From: Raillietiella orientalis
Lineage: Eukaryota
Direction: 5' to 3'
NCBI GenBank assembly: GCA_036172245.1
Contig: JAYWIR010000011.1
Span: 62,001-126,000, forward strand
DNA: 64,000 bases
The notes below the pieces were generated by a model that was not told the DNA's origin, ran no database searches, and was given only the letters and a program-made list of their open reading frames with translations. Below, in pieces: positions 1-12,370 of this stretch (positions are counted from its first letter, which is position 1; the number at the start of each line of letters is the position of its first letter). Position numbers and translations under genes: made by a program.

Positions 1-1299
1 GGTGGTGGTGGGGATTCAGTATAAAAAAATAAATAAATACAGTTTGTGAGCTAGATCTATGTTTCGAAAGTTGTTCTGAAGCTGGATGTAATGGAACCTG
101 AAATGGTCCAGCGTCAAGTGACTTGGCGGGTTTGCCAGCGCAGATCAGCATCCCGTGTGACAGAAATCATCCATCGCCATCCTCCCGTGTGCAAGAAATT
201 CTGGTCGGAGGATTGAACATTTTTTTTTTTTTTTTCTCTCCCGATCGGATGCTGGTCGGACGTTCCCTTGCCAACGTGATTTTCCTGTTCTTTTTCTTCC
301 CATCTCCGCAAAAAAAGCTGCGGAAATTCGTTTCTCCGGATGCATCACTTTGTTCCTGTTGAAGGCGACGAGAAGAACATGTGGCTTCCGGTTGCGCCAT
401 GCTTTTTGTTGTTGCTCTGACATTTTGTGTTTTTCGTTCATGGGAACGTATGCCAAACAGAAGCGTGCAGCCAGTGGTCCCAAGTACTGAACCCCAGTTT
501 TGCCTTGGACCTTGCCAGACACGAAATCTTCTTTCGTGGTTTCAGCAGGTCGGCGGTGCTTCTTCGACTGTGTCCACTTTGGAGGAATAGTTGCGGAAAT
601 TTTCTTCTCTTGCCGTGTACACATTTCCACTCTTGCTATTTACAGAAATACAGTCGGGTCCCATCCGTTCGTTTGGCTGCTGAAGTCCGCCCCCTGGTTG
701 CGTAAGAGAATTTGGCGTTATCTGCCATAATGGAACAGAAGTGCAGTGCGGTTTACCTAATCGAAAGTGTGCTGAAACTCCTGCAAGAAGCCTCAAATAG
801 CATATTGAATTCGATTTTTGGATCTCTGTTGTTTACTAGACCGATCGCATCAAAAGAACGTCTTTAATGCCATTGGTCAGTCTTTCTATCCCCCCCCCCC
901 ATGTCTTTGGAAATGTGCTTGGTGTACGCGATGCATCGTATTTTATTTCCTGTTTATGCAGTTTGAAAATCTATTTAGCGTTGCATTTTGCATTTGTTTC
1001 ATGAAAAGCGGAAGTTTCGTTCTTAGCATTATGCAGTTGATCGGAACCAAAGCAATTTGGACGGGTGGTCGTGTGTTGGTGTTGTTTGCATGTTGTACAC
1101 AAGCTTTCCAAGACCTTGTTTTCTACTCCGTTTTGACTGCATGCAACCCGTGAAACCTTTTAAGGACCTACTGCTCACAAGCTGTGAATTCGGTGGCTGG
1201 TTTGAAGCCGTGCCGACATTTCCAGGTGTGGTGGTATGCCAATAAATGGATGCACGTGTGTATTCCTTAAAAACACTGAGGATAAAGTCAGGCGTATCA

Positions 1300-3000
1300 T
1301 CAAAAAATCTGGAATTTTCAAAGTGAGTTTTTAGTTCCGGGTTCTCGTCAATTTAAGGAACTCGGAACTGAAACCAGAGAGATTGACGTTGATTAAGAGG
1401 AAAGTGTGTTGGATGTCGAAACTGTCTGTCGCACTGTATGCAACTGGAAGTGGGAAAACGCCAAACGGATGTAAGGTTCCAGCAGTGGCAGTGAGGCTGC
1501 GCACATAAGGGATCCTTCCCTTGTACGACTGTACGACCCCGTTGTTCGGTAAGGCTGGTTGAATGATCGTTTGGCAAGTAATTCGATTCGAGAAACGCAC
1601 GAAACGTTCAGTGTGTACGCCCACGCTAATCGAAAGGTGCCGTACCACTTTTCCCAACCACGAAGGGTGCCCACTCATCAGAGACCAAAGGTGGTTTCTT
1701 TCGTGCGCCATGTAGATGGAATTATTATTATTATTTTTCGAGTACGTATATCCCATGATAGAGTTCCTTTGCGAGGTTTCGCCTGTTCTTATTGATTGAC
1801 CGACGCTTGGACACTTCTGCCATTTTGCTTAGGGTCAGCAGGGAATACTTTTAGCCCGCGTTGTTGCTTTAGTGCGTGGGTCATGGTTTGCCTTCCCTGA
1901 TGCCTTCGTTTCGACGTTTACAGTTCCATGAATTCGAAATTTGAATCGCAGATGGTGTACTGTTTTTTTTTTTTGTTGTTTCACATTACAGATCTCATAC
2001 AGGAAAGAGCTGTTTGCCTTCGCACGTTCCTCGTAGGTGTGCTCCCTCGGTGCAGGCCGTGAACAGGCAAACGAACAGAAAGTAGGGAGCGCAGTTCCCG
2101 GGACAAATGCAAAGAATTTCGTGTCGCCGCGAACTTCTCCGAGGACGACTTTATGGGAGAGTCCTGCAGTGAGCAGTCGATGCCCGTTTGCGGTATCGGT
2201 TTCGTCGATGTTGTGCATGCCTGCACGGACGCACACTTTCGTCGTTTCGTTTGCAAGCATTAAACTTGGAACGAAGGAAGATTCATTAGAGTTCCATTCA
2301 GCCGCGAGCTTGATGAGAGAAAGATGGCCGGATTTCCATAAACAAGTCCATTAACGTCCAAGCGGCTGGTTCCAATTTGTGCCGGCTTGGCTGATCCCAT
2401 GTTTTCGTGCAGTGGCATCGTCTCCTCTCCTCTGATTCCCTGATGCAATCCTTGATTTCCGTCGCGGTGGGGAAGCTGGTTTCCATACCACGTTTCCCGC
2501 TTTGCGTGCGTTTTGTTCATCCGATTTTCTGGGAGGGTTCAGATACTCTTCAAACCCTTGGGAGATTTGTCGCCCAAACTCTACCATGTCGGTGTGCCAT
2601 AATTCGGACAAGGACGGTACCGTTCAAGTAATGGTAAAGCTGACAGAGATGAACACGGGTCCACCAGATAGCTGCTGCCGCCTCTTAATACTGTTTCGTA
2701 AATAGGAGGAATGATAAGCTGATGGAAGAAGAATCGTAAGGATCGAGTTTTTACAGTGCAGAAGCGAAAGTGATGTCTCGCTGGAAAAAATGCGGATTTG
2801 TCCTTGATGTGTTGCGTGGTCCCATTCAATTGAAAACGTAGTTGGAAAAGCGGAAAACACGTTCACAATTTGTGTGGCGAAAAAGCGTCGTTCTCTTTGA
2901 GCGCGTGGTATTCGATTAACAGCAGTTGGATGTCCTTGATCCTTAAGGAACCGTTGCGCCGATGGTATCGACGGATCACACAGCTTTCTCACTATTGCAG
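1300..3000 (-). mobile_element. Highly decayed R2-like (RLE) non-LTR retrotransposon fragment
   Basis: Degenerate motifs in order on the minus strand: AQRFLKDQG..IVNVFSAFPT (RT2-3-like), GFEEYLNPPRKS (NP.KS-like), NHLWSLMSGHPSWLGKVVRHLSISVGVHT (post-RT W..G..LR..LPT-like), SCVSRIELLA (knuckle-like). Similarity is at motif level only. Confidence 0.4.
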
Positions 3001-3612
3001 CTTATTGGATAGCCTCTGCTCTTTCCTCTAACACGTAGGTGGGCACCATTATGCCATCGTACGCACGAGCCTGTCTAGTAAGAGAATGGTGTGGAAAGAA
3101 GAAAACGAAGTCTCGTATGCTCCGGAAGGCTTTGTTTGCAACTGATACCGAAATCAAAACGAGAGGTCAAATTTACGTTCGGAGGGACGTTTTATCAGGT
3201 CATCGCGAATTTTAAGAAAGGATCAGAAGGTTCCCCCCCCCCCTTTTTTTTGTGTCACGTGGCAGCTTTTTATAAGCACGGCCTTACTTTTTCTAAAATG
3301 AGATTCTTTTAGATTTTTTTTTGCAGAATTTCGGATGGACTTTAAACGAATTGTTTTTTCGACTGCCGGTGGTAGTTGTGCAGGTTGTCAGTGCTTTTGC
3401 CTTCCTGCACAGCAGGTTCACTTCTCTGTCCGCAACTGTTTTCCGTAACCGTTTCGAGAAACCTTCATCCTATTCAAATAGGGTGAAGACTTTCGTCTCA
3501 GCTCATGGATGCCTTCAAAGTATTCCATTGACGTGACGGTGATGCCGTCCTTTTTTTTCCTTCTTCTTCGAAGGGGTTACCGACTGGAAGGGGCATTTTA
3601 GAAATCGGTATA

Positions 3613-4187
3613 TGAACTATGAACACCGGAATCTGCTCCTTCAAGTAAACTTGGAACGCTTGACGGTTTCCGTGATTTTCGAAACACGTACACCTATTTG
3701 ATGAAACACGTATTCGACACTTTCTGAAGACGATGTGCCAATTGCGTGGTCGGGGTGTCCATCCAAAGGGCGATCTCCTGAGCGTGTCGAGTGCATTCAA
3801 GAAAAGTACGACAGTCCTGCGCTGCTGTTTCGTTTGGATGTTGTTGAAGACCTCAGGTGGAAAGCCTCAAGACGTGTTTGGATGCGTCAAGTTAAGAAAG
3901 GTCAAGTTGTACACGACTGGGACTGTGATACATGCCAAATTTGCTGTGCACATTCTCAAAAGGGTACGTCGAATTCCTCCTCCGTAACTGAGCAGAAGAT
4001 CTTCAGAGCTAATTCATGGGAAAATTTCGGTGATTTATGTGTGTGTGTGGCTTCATAGAAAAAAATCCAAGTATTTTTATCCTTTCCAAATCTGAATAAT
4101 TATTTCATATATGTGTTTCGAAAGTTACGACAACCTTGGAGTGTTCCAAGTTTACTTGAAGGAGCAAATTCGGATGTTCATAATTCA
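3613..4187. repeat. Diverged 78-bp inverted repeat (3613-3690 / 4110-4187)
   Basis: Manual ungapped alignment gives 65/78 identical, including the exact core GTTCCAAGTTTACTTGAAGGAGCA. Confidence 0.9.
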
Positions 4188-4850
4188 GCGATCCGCCGTG
4201 TCCGTTCTTCCAACTTTGGTGGCATTTCGTTTTTGCAGCACGCGTGCTGCTTTCGGCAGAAATCGGAGCCAACCGTCACCATCCACATTCCTTCTTTCCA
4301 GTTATGTCTTCTTGAGTATGGGAACTGTTTTCAGAAGCTTCCATCTACGTGTTTGTGCATCTGCATGCGGGCGGTTCTCGGTTTCTGCTCTTCTTCTTTC
4401 CGCACGCAAATTCTGGACCGTCCCGACTTCCTTTGCCATCCGTAGAAAAGTGAGCCTTCGCTTCGGAGTAGCGCCTGCCTTCACCGTCACTTCGTAAATC
4501 ATTGCTGACCTCTCTTTTCCATTACGACGATGATTAATAAAGGTCAAGTTTGTTGGCAGTTGTGGTGCAGCATCGAATTTATAAACCGGTCCAGATCTTA
4601 AATTGCGATGGGATCTTTGTTCGCGGGATGTAAGCTTCTGGTTTCTTTGCCGATTTCGAGATTGTAGAAGGTATCGTATGCTTCCTGGAATTATTTCCAG
4701 TGGCACGTATTTTGTGCAGCGACGATCTCTGTATGCAGTGTCACTTATCCCCCGTGGTAGGGTTTGCTGGTATTGGTTTTTATTGCATTCCTGGTCGGGT
4801 TTGAGACGAGGGGGAAGTGGATCGTTGTGTACGACTGTAGACAATTATCA
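4110..4850 (-). mobile_element. Decayed LINE 3' RT region (Jockey/I-like)
   Basis: PTNLTFINH..KERSAMIY (D..LTF..H..KA-like), KLLKTVPILK, NYEHPNLLLQVNLE. The distal 78 bp recurs in inverted form at 3613-3690. Confidence 0.35.
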
Positions 4851-7800
4851 TGTTGGGGGTGACGCTTCCTTATGATTTTTTTCTTCTTATTATTTGATGT
4901 CCGTCGAAGGCAGGGTGGTGATGTTTGTTGAGGCTTCTAAATGTCTTCAGCGTGTTTTTTTGTAATGAGACTGTTTCCAAATTGGATTCATGGAAAGAAG
5001 AATAAAATGTTAATCGTCGAATACCGCGCGTTAGATTTGCCCGGCCACATTTAAATTAGAACTGACGCCATCGAAGCAGGTCATTCAAAAATGATGGAAA
5101 ATGATGGAGGATGTTTGAAAAAGAAGAGCAAACCAGATGATGACTCCCAATTACGTGAAGTAAACGAAAAGAACGTGCCAATAAAGGGAAACTACGGGAG
5201 TGTAAACAGTCAAACAAGGGATTCTGTATGAGCGCTTGTATTTTCCCACATGTGATAATTAATGGATTTGCGGATTTCATTACGCACGCTCTTATTTCAA
5301 TCCAGTCATTCCAGCAAATTTTTTTTGTTTTGCAAAACTGCAGCCAGCTGATGGGAGCTCTCCTACGCGACTTTGCCAGTCTTGGCCGTTATAATACCGT
5401 TCGAACACTTCGAACTGCTGCAGCATTTCGGTTCGTTTGCGGGTCTTCCTGTGAAAATGAGTCCAAGTGGCCGACCAGGGAAGGCCGCAAGCATTTCGTT
5501 TCCATCGAGAGGCAGCACCCCCCCCCCCCCCCCCCCAGTTGTCTTGACCCTTTTTTTGTGCGCACTGTAAAGCTGTCCGTCGGTGCCGAGCAATGCCAAG
5601 AGAGTTCCGCGGTGTTCTTGGGACCTCATGCGTTTCGCAACTCGTCATACCGCATGGTCGCGCCTACAAAGTCAGATCTATGGAATTACGGTGTCCCTAA
5701 AAGCTTGGATAAATTTGGAGGTTTCATAGCAAGGAAAAAAAAAAAAGAGTGGGGGAGGAGGGAAGGGAAAACGACCTCAGAAACATGCATAGAGTTGCCG
5801 GTGGCTGCCAGCAAGGACCACCGGCGACCGCATCGAGCAAGGAATTTCCACTGTTGCACCTTGGAAACTGCAGTTTCAGATACCTCCGCCATTCAGGAGT
5901 GTTTTGATTTTCTTCTTCTTTCCCCTCTCCCTCTCTCTTTCCCTCACAAGCATTCCGTTGGTTGCCTTCCTATCATCTGTTGCCTATTAGGCGAGTAGCA
6001 GCAGCAGCATTAGAGCGGGACTGAAGCTGCGAGCGCGGTAGCATTGGGGAGCTCCGTTCAGATGCATTAACAACCACGGACGTACAGAAAGTGCATCTAT
6101 TCCTGTAATATGGGGATTTTCGGAATTCTCGAGAAAATGAGGGGTTCGCTTCGTTGCCAGGCGATTGGAAGTGTTGAGGAAAAGATCTGCGCATGTTTCA
6201 GGTAATGCCCTTGGATACGAGGTCGGTGCGAGGAATACAAAAGCTGGAAGCCTAGGGAACGCGTTTTGCAAACCCTATTTTTTAGAAATGGAGTTTGCAA
6301 TACATTGATCACGTGATTCTCCAGACCTGCAGATGCCAAAATGAAATCACACGACGTTCTTCGTTTCACGGGAGTGGGTGTGTTTTCACAGCGGTTCCCT
6401 TAGTCAGAGTCCTCGCGCTGATGATGCACTTACCGTGTTGTTTCCGTGTGGCGTAGTGTTCTGAGCATTGCCTCTGTTTTTCTTTTTTTTATATTTCATT
6501 TCACCCGAGCACGCAAACAATCAACAGATTTTCTCTTCGTAGAGATTGCCAAGGACACTTTAGTAATTTGTAAACGGAAAGTCTGAAAGAAAAGAAAAAG
6601 CAGTTAGGACCGGTAAGGCTGAGAGTGTTATGCCATTTTTCAAACTGCCACTTTCCTTCCACTTCGAGTAATGATGGGATTGGGAATCGAAAGCACGGGA
6701 TTCCCAGTTTTCTCAAAGGCGTTTTCCTCTGATGGAAATTCCTCACTTGGCTGCAACCGGCACCTCGATGCGGTGCTTTGCGTCTTCTGTGAGAGGGAGA
6801 GAGAGGGAGAGAAAAAGTGCATCTTCGCCTGTAGAGAAGGAAATCCTTATTGTGAAAAGATAACTGATAAGGGAAGTGAGCACATTGAAGGAATTTCGTG
6901 ACGTATTTGCTTCCGTTTGGCACCGAGGTGTTCTGTAGCAGGTTTTCTGCAACCGCGCGGCACGCTCTCCGCGTTGAGATCCCTGGAAGGCTCGCGGGAA
7001 TCCCTCGCACCTTTTCATTTTTTTTTTTTTTTTTTTTTTTTTTCGAGAAATGTAATGGTCATTAGGGTTTTCGTCAACACAGTGTTTGTCAAAGAGCTCT
7101 CTTGTTGGCGTGCACCTGCTGTGTAGACACTAGAGATAGCGCATGCCTCTTTATTTGTGGGGAGCCGTTCTCGCTGCTTTCTTGAAGCCCACACGTCGAA
7201 GACAATCCACGAACCCTGCCCTGCGGTGATGGTCATCCATGGCATTCGTTTGTGCTTGTAATATTCTTTTGCAGCCATCTGTGATGGTGCTGTTTCTAGC
7301 ACGTCTATCCCCTCCGCAGTCTTCCAACTCACGCAAAGTTGAGGGCGTGTTTTAAGAGATCGGATTGCATCGGTCACGGAAGAAGAAGTCTCGCACTCTA
7401 AAGAACTGAGAGAGAAACGGTTGCGATTCGCCATGGAGAAATACATCGTTCCTTACAAAAGCTCAAAATAGAGAAAGGATCAGTTTTAATCGAAAAATAA
7501 AAAACTAGTGATTTGCTTCCGATGCTTTCTTCACTCCGAAATATATGATTGGAACGAAACTGTCTGTTTCCGTGGAGCATCGTAATAGAAATTCGGTATG
7601 CGTTCTTTTGGAGCTGCCTTCGTCATCGTCTTGCAGTCTTGACACAAAACCCCGGACATAGATTAGATCAGCACCCAATGTTTCACTAATTGAATCAGAT
7701 AAATATCAAGTGACCGAATACCGAAATCGTAGAGGATTTTTAGAGATAAACCGAAAGTTGGCCGCGTTGCGACGAAACCAATGCTTGAGTGCTGTCTTCG

Positions 7801-8139
7801 AGACAGGCAGTTTAAGAGTGGTCTCTGTAACAGCCGATGTTCCATAGTGTAATTTTGATCCTGCTTGGAATGGAGAGATCTTTTGTAGCAAAAATTTCAT
7901 TGATTATTTAATTTGTTATGTTATTTCTTGAACGGATGGTTTAAAAAAAACATGTCCTGGCAAAAAACCAGGGCGGCTTTCCTCTCCATTTTATTTTTTT
8001 ATTCCCCTCAAATGGTTACATGAACCATCTTTGCGCTGAAAGCCCAGCAACGGTGTTGCAGAATTCAGCGGTAGTGGTGTGGTGGTGGCGTTTGCTATTG
8101 GAGGATAGTGATTTTTTTTTTCCCCTTCTTATTCCCTAG

Positions 8140-11100
8140 ATGATTCAAGTGATGAGGATATCATTGTGGATCACACGTGCAGTTTAACTCCTTCCATGGT
8201 GTCTCAAGATTCGACACCGTTTGTCAGCGTTAGCAGCGGCGTCTCCTGTTCTGCCGAAGATTCGAGCCCTGGCATGGTCAAGCAGTGCAACCCTGACGGA
8301 CTGAAATGGGACGAGTCTTTCGACCTGTGCACTTCAGGTGGGATAGTAGTAGTTGGATGCAGCAGTTTCTTTCCCACATGCATGGATGTTTCCCCCCTCC
8401 CCCCTCCCCTGACATCAACGATGCCGATGGTTCTCTCAACTCTGACCGTGGTCATTGCTGCCATGCGGATCGGTGCCGATGTTTCATCTGCTTTACACGC
8501 GTAGCGCAGTCTTCCTCACCTGTCTCGGAAATTGTGATTTTTTCCCCCCTGTCTCTCTCATTATGTGGCGTACGCGTTCTCAGCGAGAATCGTACATGCT
8601 ACCACCTTACTTGATGCAGCCATCGCCAGTTTTCTGTAATGCTTACGAATTCGCTTTGTTTGATGATCCTTGCCGACCTGATATGTTCCTGGTGCTTTCC
8701 TGGATGTTTTCACCGTGAACCCGTACTGTGTCAATCCAGTCGAAAGCATCCCTGTGTAGTTCATCTGCACGTATGAAATGCTTTTCCAGTAAATACTGTG
8801 TCGCATGTATGCCGGTTTTTAATGGAGGTTCAGAATTGTGAACCTCCAAGTGAAAAACCGTCTGTGTAGCTTTCTGAATAATGTATTCGCATCTTCCAGT
8901 GGATTCACTAACTGCGGAACACGAGAAACGCACATGCCAGCCTGCAGTCAGCAAAGTAAGTTGATTTGAATCCTAAATCGCGCGTAAGTCTCACTTTAAG
9001 GTTCATGATTTGAAAAAAAAAAATAAAAAAAAAAAAAATAAAAAAAATAAAATAAAAAAAATAAAATAAAAATAGAATTAGATGCATAGTTGATGACACT
9101 GAGAGCTGCCTGTATGTATATTGTATGTATTTTCCAGAGTTTGAAACTTGAGCAGTACATTCGAAAGTTTGAGTATGTTTGTTGAATGTGATGTAGCAAA
9201 TGCTTGGGAGATTTTGTGGTGTTACCGAATGATATAAAATTGCACTCCTCATCTTTTTGAAAACTCTTCGTCGTTGGCGAGCTCCTCCTTGCCGTGCGTT
9301 TGCTTGCCGCACAGAGTAAGTTTGAACTTCGCCAACGTTTACGTGCAAAAAGGAAAAGTTTTTCGTGGATGCAGGAAGCCTTTTTTTTTTTTTGGCTGCT
9401 CTGAGGCGCTGTCGCCTTTCTCCTTGGGAAGCGCCGCCGGGTCGGCTTTTAGCGAAACCGCGGTCAACTGTAGAAACTTGGGTTTGCCTGAATCGTAATC
9501 GGTAATCAGCATCCCATCTGACCTTAGCTGGTTCCGAGGTCTAGGTGCCTCAGTTTCATTCTGCTAAGGAATGGTTCAAATGCGTCTTCCGCACTGCCTG
9601 GATCACGCCGAAAGCCGTTCACTGCTGATTAAGCTTCCGCGGATTTGTCCAGAGATTACTCAGCTGGAAGGTAAGCATTGTGTTTCCGGAATGCGACAGT
9701 TTAGGGCAATACCCTTTATCCCCATACGTCACAGGGGGAGGGTATTCGTGGTTTGGTTTGATACTGCCGTGCCGTGATGGTTTATCCGGTCCTACGCAGC
9801 GTGGCTCCATGACGGAAGCTGAATCTTGTTTTCTGATCCCTGTTGTTTTCCGTTTTGGAGGGAGCACTCGATGCAGCTGCTTGCTCTCCGGTCGAAAGTT
9901 GCAGACTTTTGGATTTCCTAATGGATTTCCGCTTCGGTTGGTGGCACTTGGGATTAACACCGTCTCGTGTTTTCCGGTTCTCATCTCGAGGATTTAATTT
10001 ATCGTGAAAACACGTATACGGGCACTGCTAACGGAACTTGGTGACCTCCCGCTCATAGAGGGAATCTCAATGGAAACTTTCCTCCCTCTTTATTACCCTC
10101 AGTGTAAGTACGTCGGAGACACCTTCACCTGGTAAGCATTTAAAAAAAAAAAAAAAAAACACTTCGAGACGCATCCAACTGCAGTTACGATGTTGTGTGT
10201 GGAACTGCACAGTACAGTTGTGTACCACATAACTGTTATAGCATGTAGCCAGATTGATCTCTCAGTAGAAAAAAAAAAAAAAAAAAAAAAAAGTTTGAAT
10301 GAGTGGGAGGCCGAAATGTCGAAGCGAAACGACCGAGTGAATTTCTCCTCAACCGATGTGTTATCTCAAAAGGGGAAATGCAACTGTTATAATGGAACTT
10401 TGGTCCTGTTTTCATTCTTTGGCATTTGTCATTTTGCTGACGAGAAGACTTGTAACTGACGTGAGAAAATCACTGGATTGAGGTACAAATACGAAATTCG
10501 AAACTGTGGGAACTCGCGCGGCCACAGGGCGAATTCGTTGCAAGTGCTGCTTCGGTCATGCCCTGTTGAGAAGAAGGTCCCGTGTCCAGCGCTCGCAGAA
10601 GGTGTTGGTGCTCCAGATATCAATAGATTACAATGTATCCATCCATCCATCCGTCCACATGCGTGTGCATATAAAGATCGCTAGCCTTGACGGTAGATTG
10701 GTACACCACTCGGCCGAAGCAGACTCAACCCACAGATGTTAAACCAAGATGGAGATGAAGCCCTTGTCTTTCCGGTCCGAAAGTGGTTGAAGCATAAAAC
10801 CAACTTTACTCATCATATGTGTTTTGGTTTTTCTGACGACACTCGGTGGGAAGCATTCGTCGTCGTTGTCCCCGTTTCCTAACTCTCCCGTACTCAGAGG
10901 ACCACGTTGGCGCCGATTTCATGCTGACCCATCATGAAAGGATGGTGTCAGTTGTTGTCAGGCCTGCCAACTGTTATCGCACATTAGCCAAATATTAGAA
11001 CCGAAATGAGCGGGGCAAAACCTTTTTGGTAGCTTTTCATTTTCTTTTCGACGTACTGAATGGCACTCGGAAATTCATAGGCCGTTTCAGTTTTTCTTTT

Positions 11101-12328
11101 TTTTTTTTCCCAGTCATGTGTCAGGGGAAAAAAAAAACAAAAAAGCATGCACTTTGTATTCAACAAGTCATCTCGCTTATCAATTGCTTCTCTAGAGCAA
11201 AATATTTGGAGGGAAGATGATTGGAATGTTTTCTTGTGGATGGTGCTTTATTTTGTGTTTCTGTCATATCGTATTCCCTCATTGCATTTACAAGGATTTT
11301 TTTGCTGTCATTCAGTTATTTATATTGTGTTATTAATATGTTATTTTTTAATCGATTTGTGAATACAGGATAATGAAGGCACCATGAAAAATAGGAAGAT
11401 TGATGCTCTCTACAAGGATAAAGATGAATCAAAGTTGGCATCATTCGAATCGCCTTCCGCAAAGAAGATGTTTGGTTCACCTGGTAAGAGCATTGAAAAT
11501 GACTTGACTGAGTGAATTTGATAGTTAGTTCTGGATCAATATATGTATACATATACTAAGAACTCTTAATGATTGCGTGACTTATGTACTGATGTTAATT
11601 ACCCGTTTTTTGAATTAAATGTCAGAATTTCGTATGGATGGCACTCACAGTGATAGGTAATTCCACGATGCTTTTGAATTTCGTACAAAAGATAATGAAC
11701 TTTCAGTAATATCTTCTTAAACACATAGTGCTGTCTATCTCAGTGTTGCCGCACGTTGAGTTCTTTGTTCCGCATTAAGGTTCTGACCAGCAGCAGCACA
11801 ACAAATATTGCACAGTTTGTTCTCCAGCAGAGTTTATTGTTTTCATCGGTTTTTCGAATTTGCCCCCTTGAGCTTCATGTTGAGCGTTTTGTTCAGATCA
11901 GAGAGCTGTTTTCGTTACGGGCCATCGACTTGCATCGGACGTTGCTTCATGTTGTTGTTGTTGTTTTGGTGGAGAATTGTGCCGATCGTATTAGGTCACC
12001 TGGAAAAGGGCTCTTCAGTTTGGTCCCGGTCATGTTTGGGACGGTCATGTTTTGATTCACCATGCTTTCAAGAGCTCATAGAAAGGAAACAGCAGTCGCG
12101 TTTTACACAATTGCGATGGTTTTGCTTTTGAAGCCGATGTTTTCCAGTTGCCTTTATTCACCTGCTGTTTCAAGTTTCTACGTCTACATGAAAAAAAGGA
12201 AGGATAAGCAGACGGAAACTGAATAAGAAGTGAAGCTGTAAACGAAGTGCATCATTTTGCCATAAGCACGTTGAGGCGAAGTTCCCCCTGATGTGCTCTT
12301 GAGTTACTTTCCTTCCCCATTCTACGCG

Positions 12329-12370
<42 letters not shown>

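Noticed and set aside
1300..3000. MULE or Helitron transposase remnant (IRIFSSETSLSLL)
   Set aside because: No DDE or helicase motifs follow it, and the order of the other motifs fits a non-LTR RT better.
7100..7900. LINE C-terminal remnant on the minus strand
   Set aside because: The resemblance (KLHYG.., ILYDFGIRSLD) is too weak to report as a feature.
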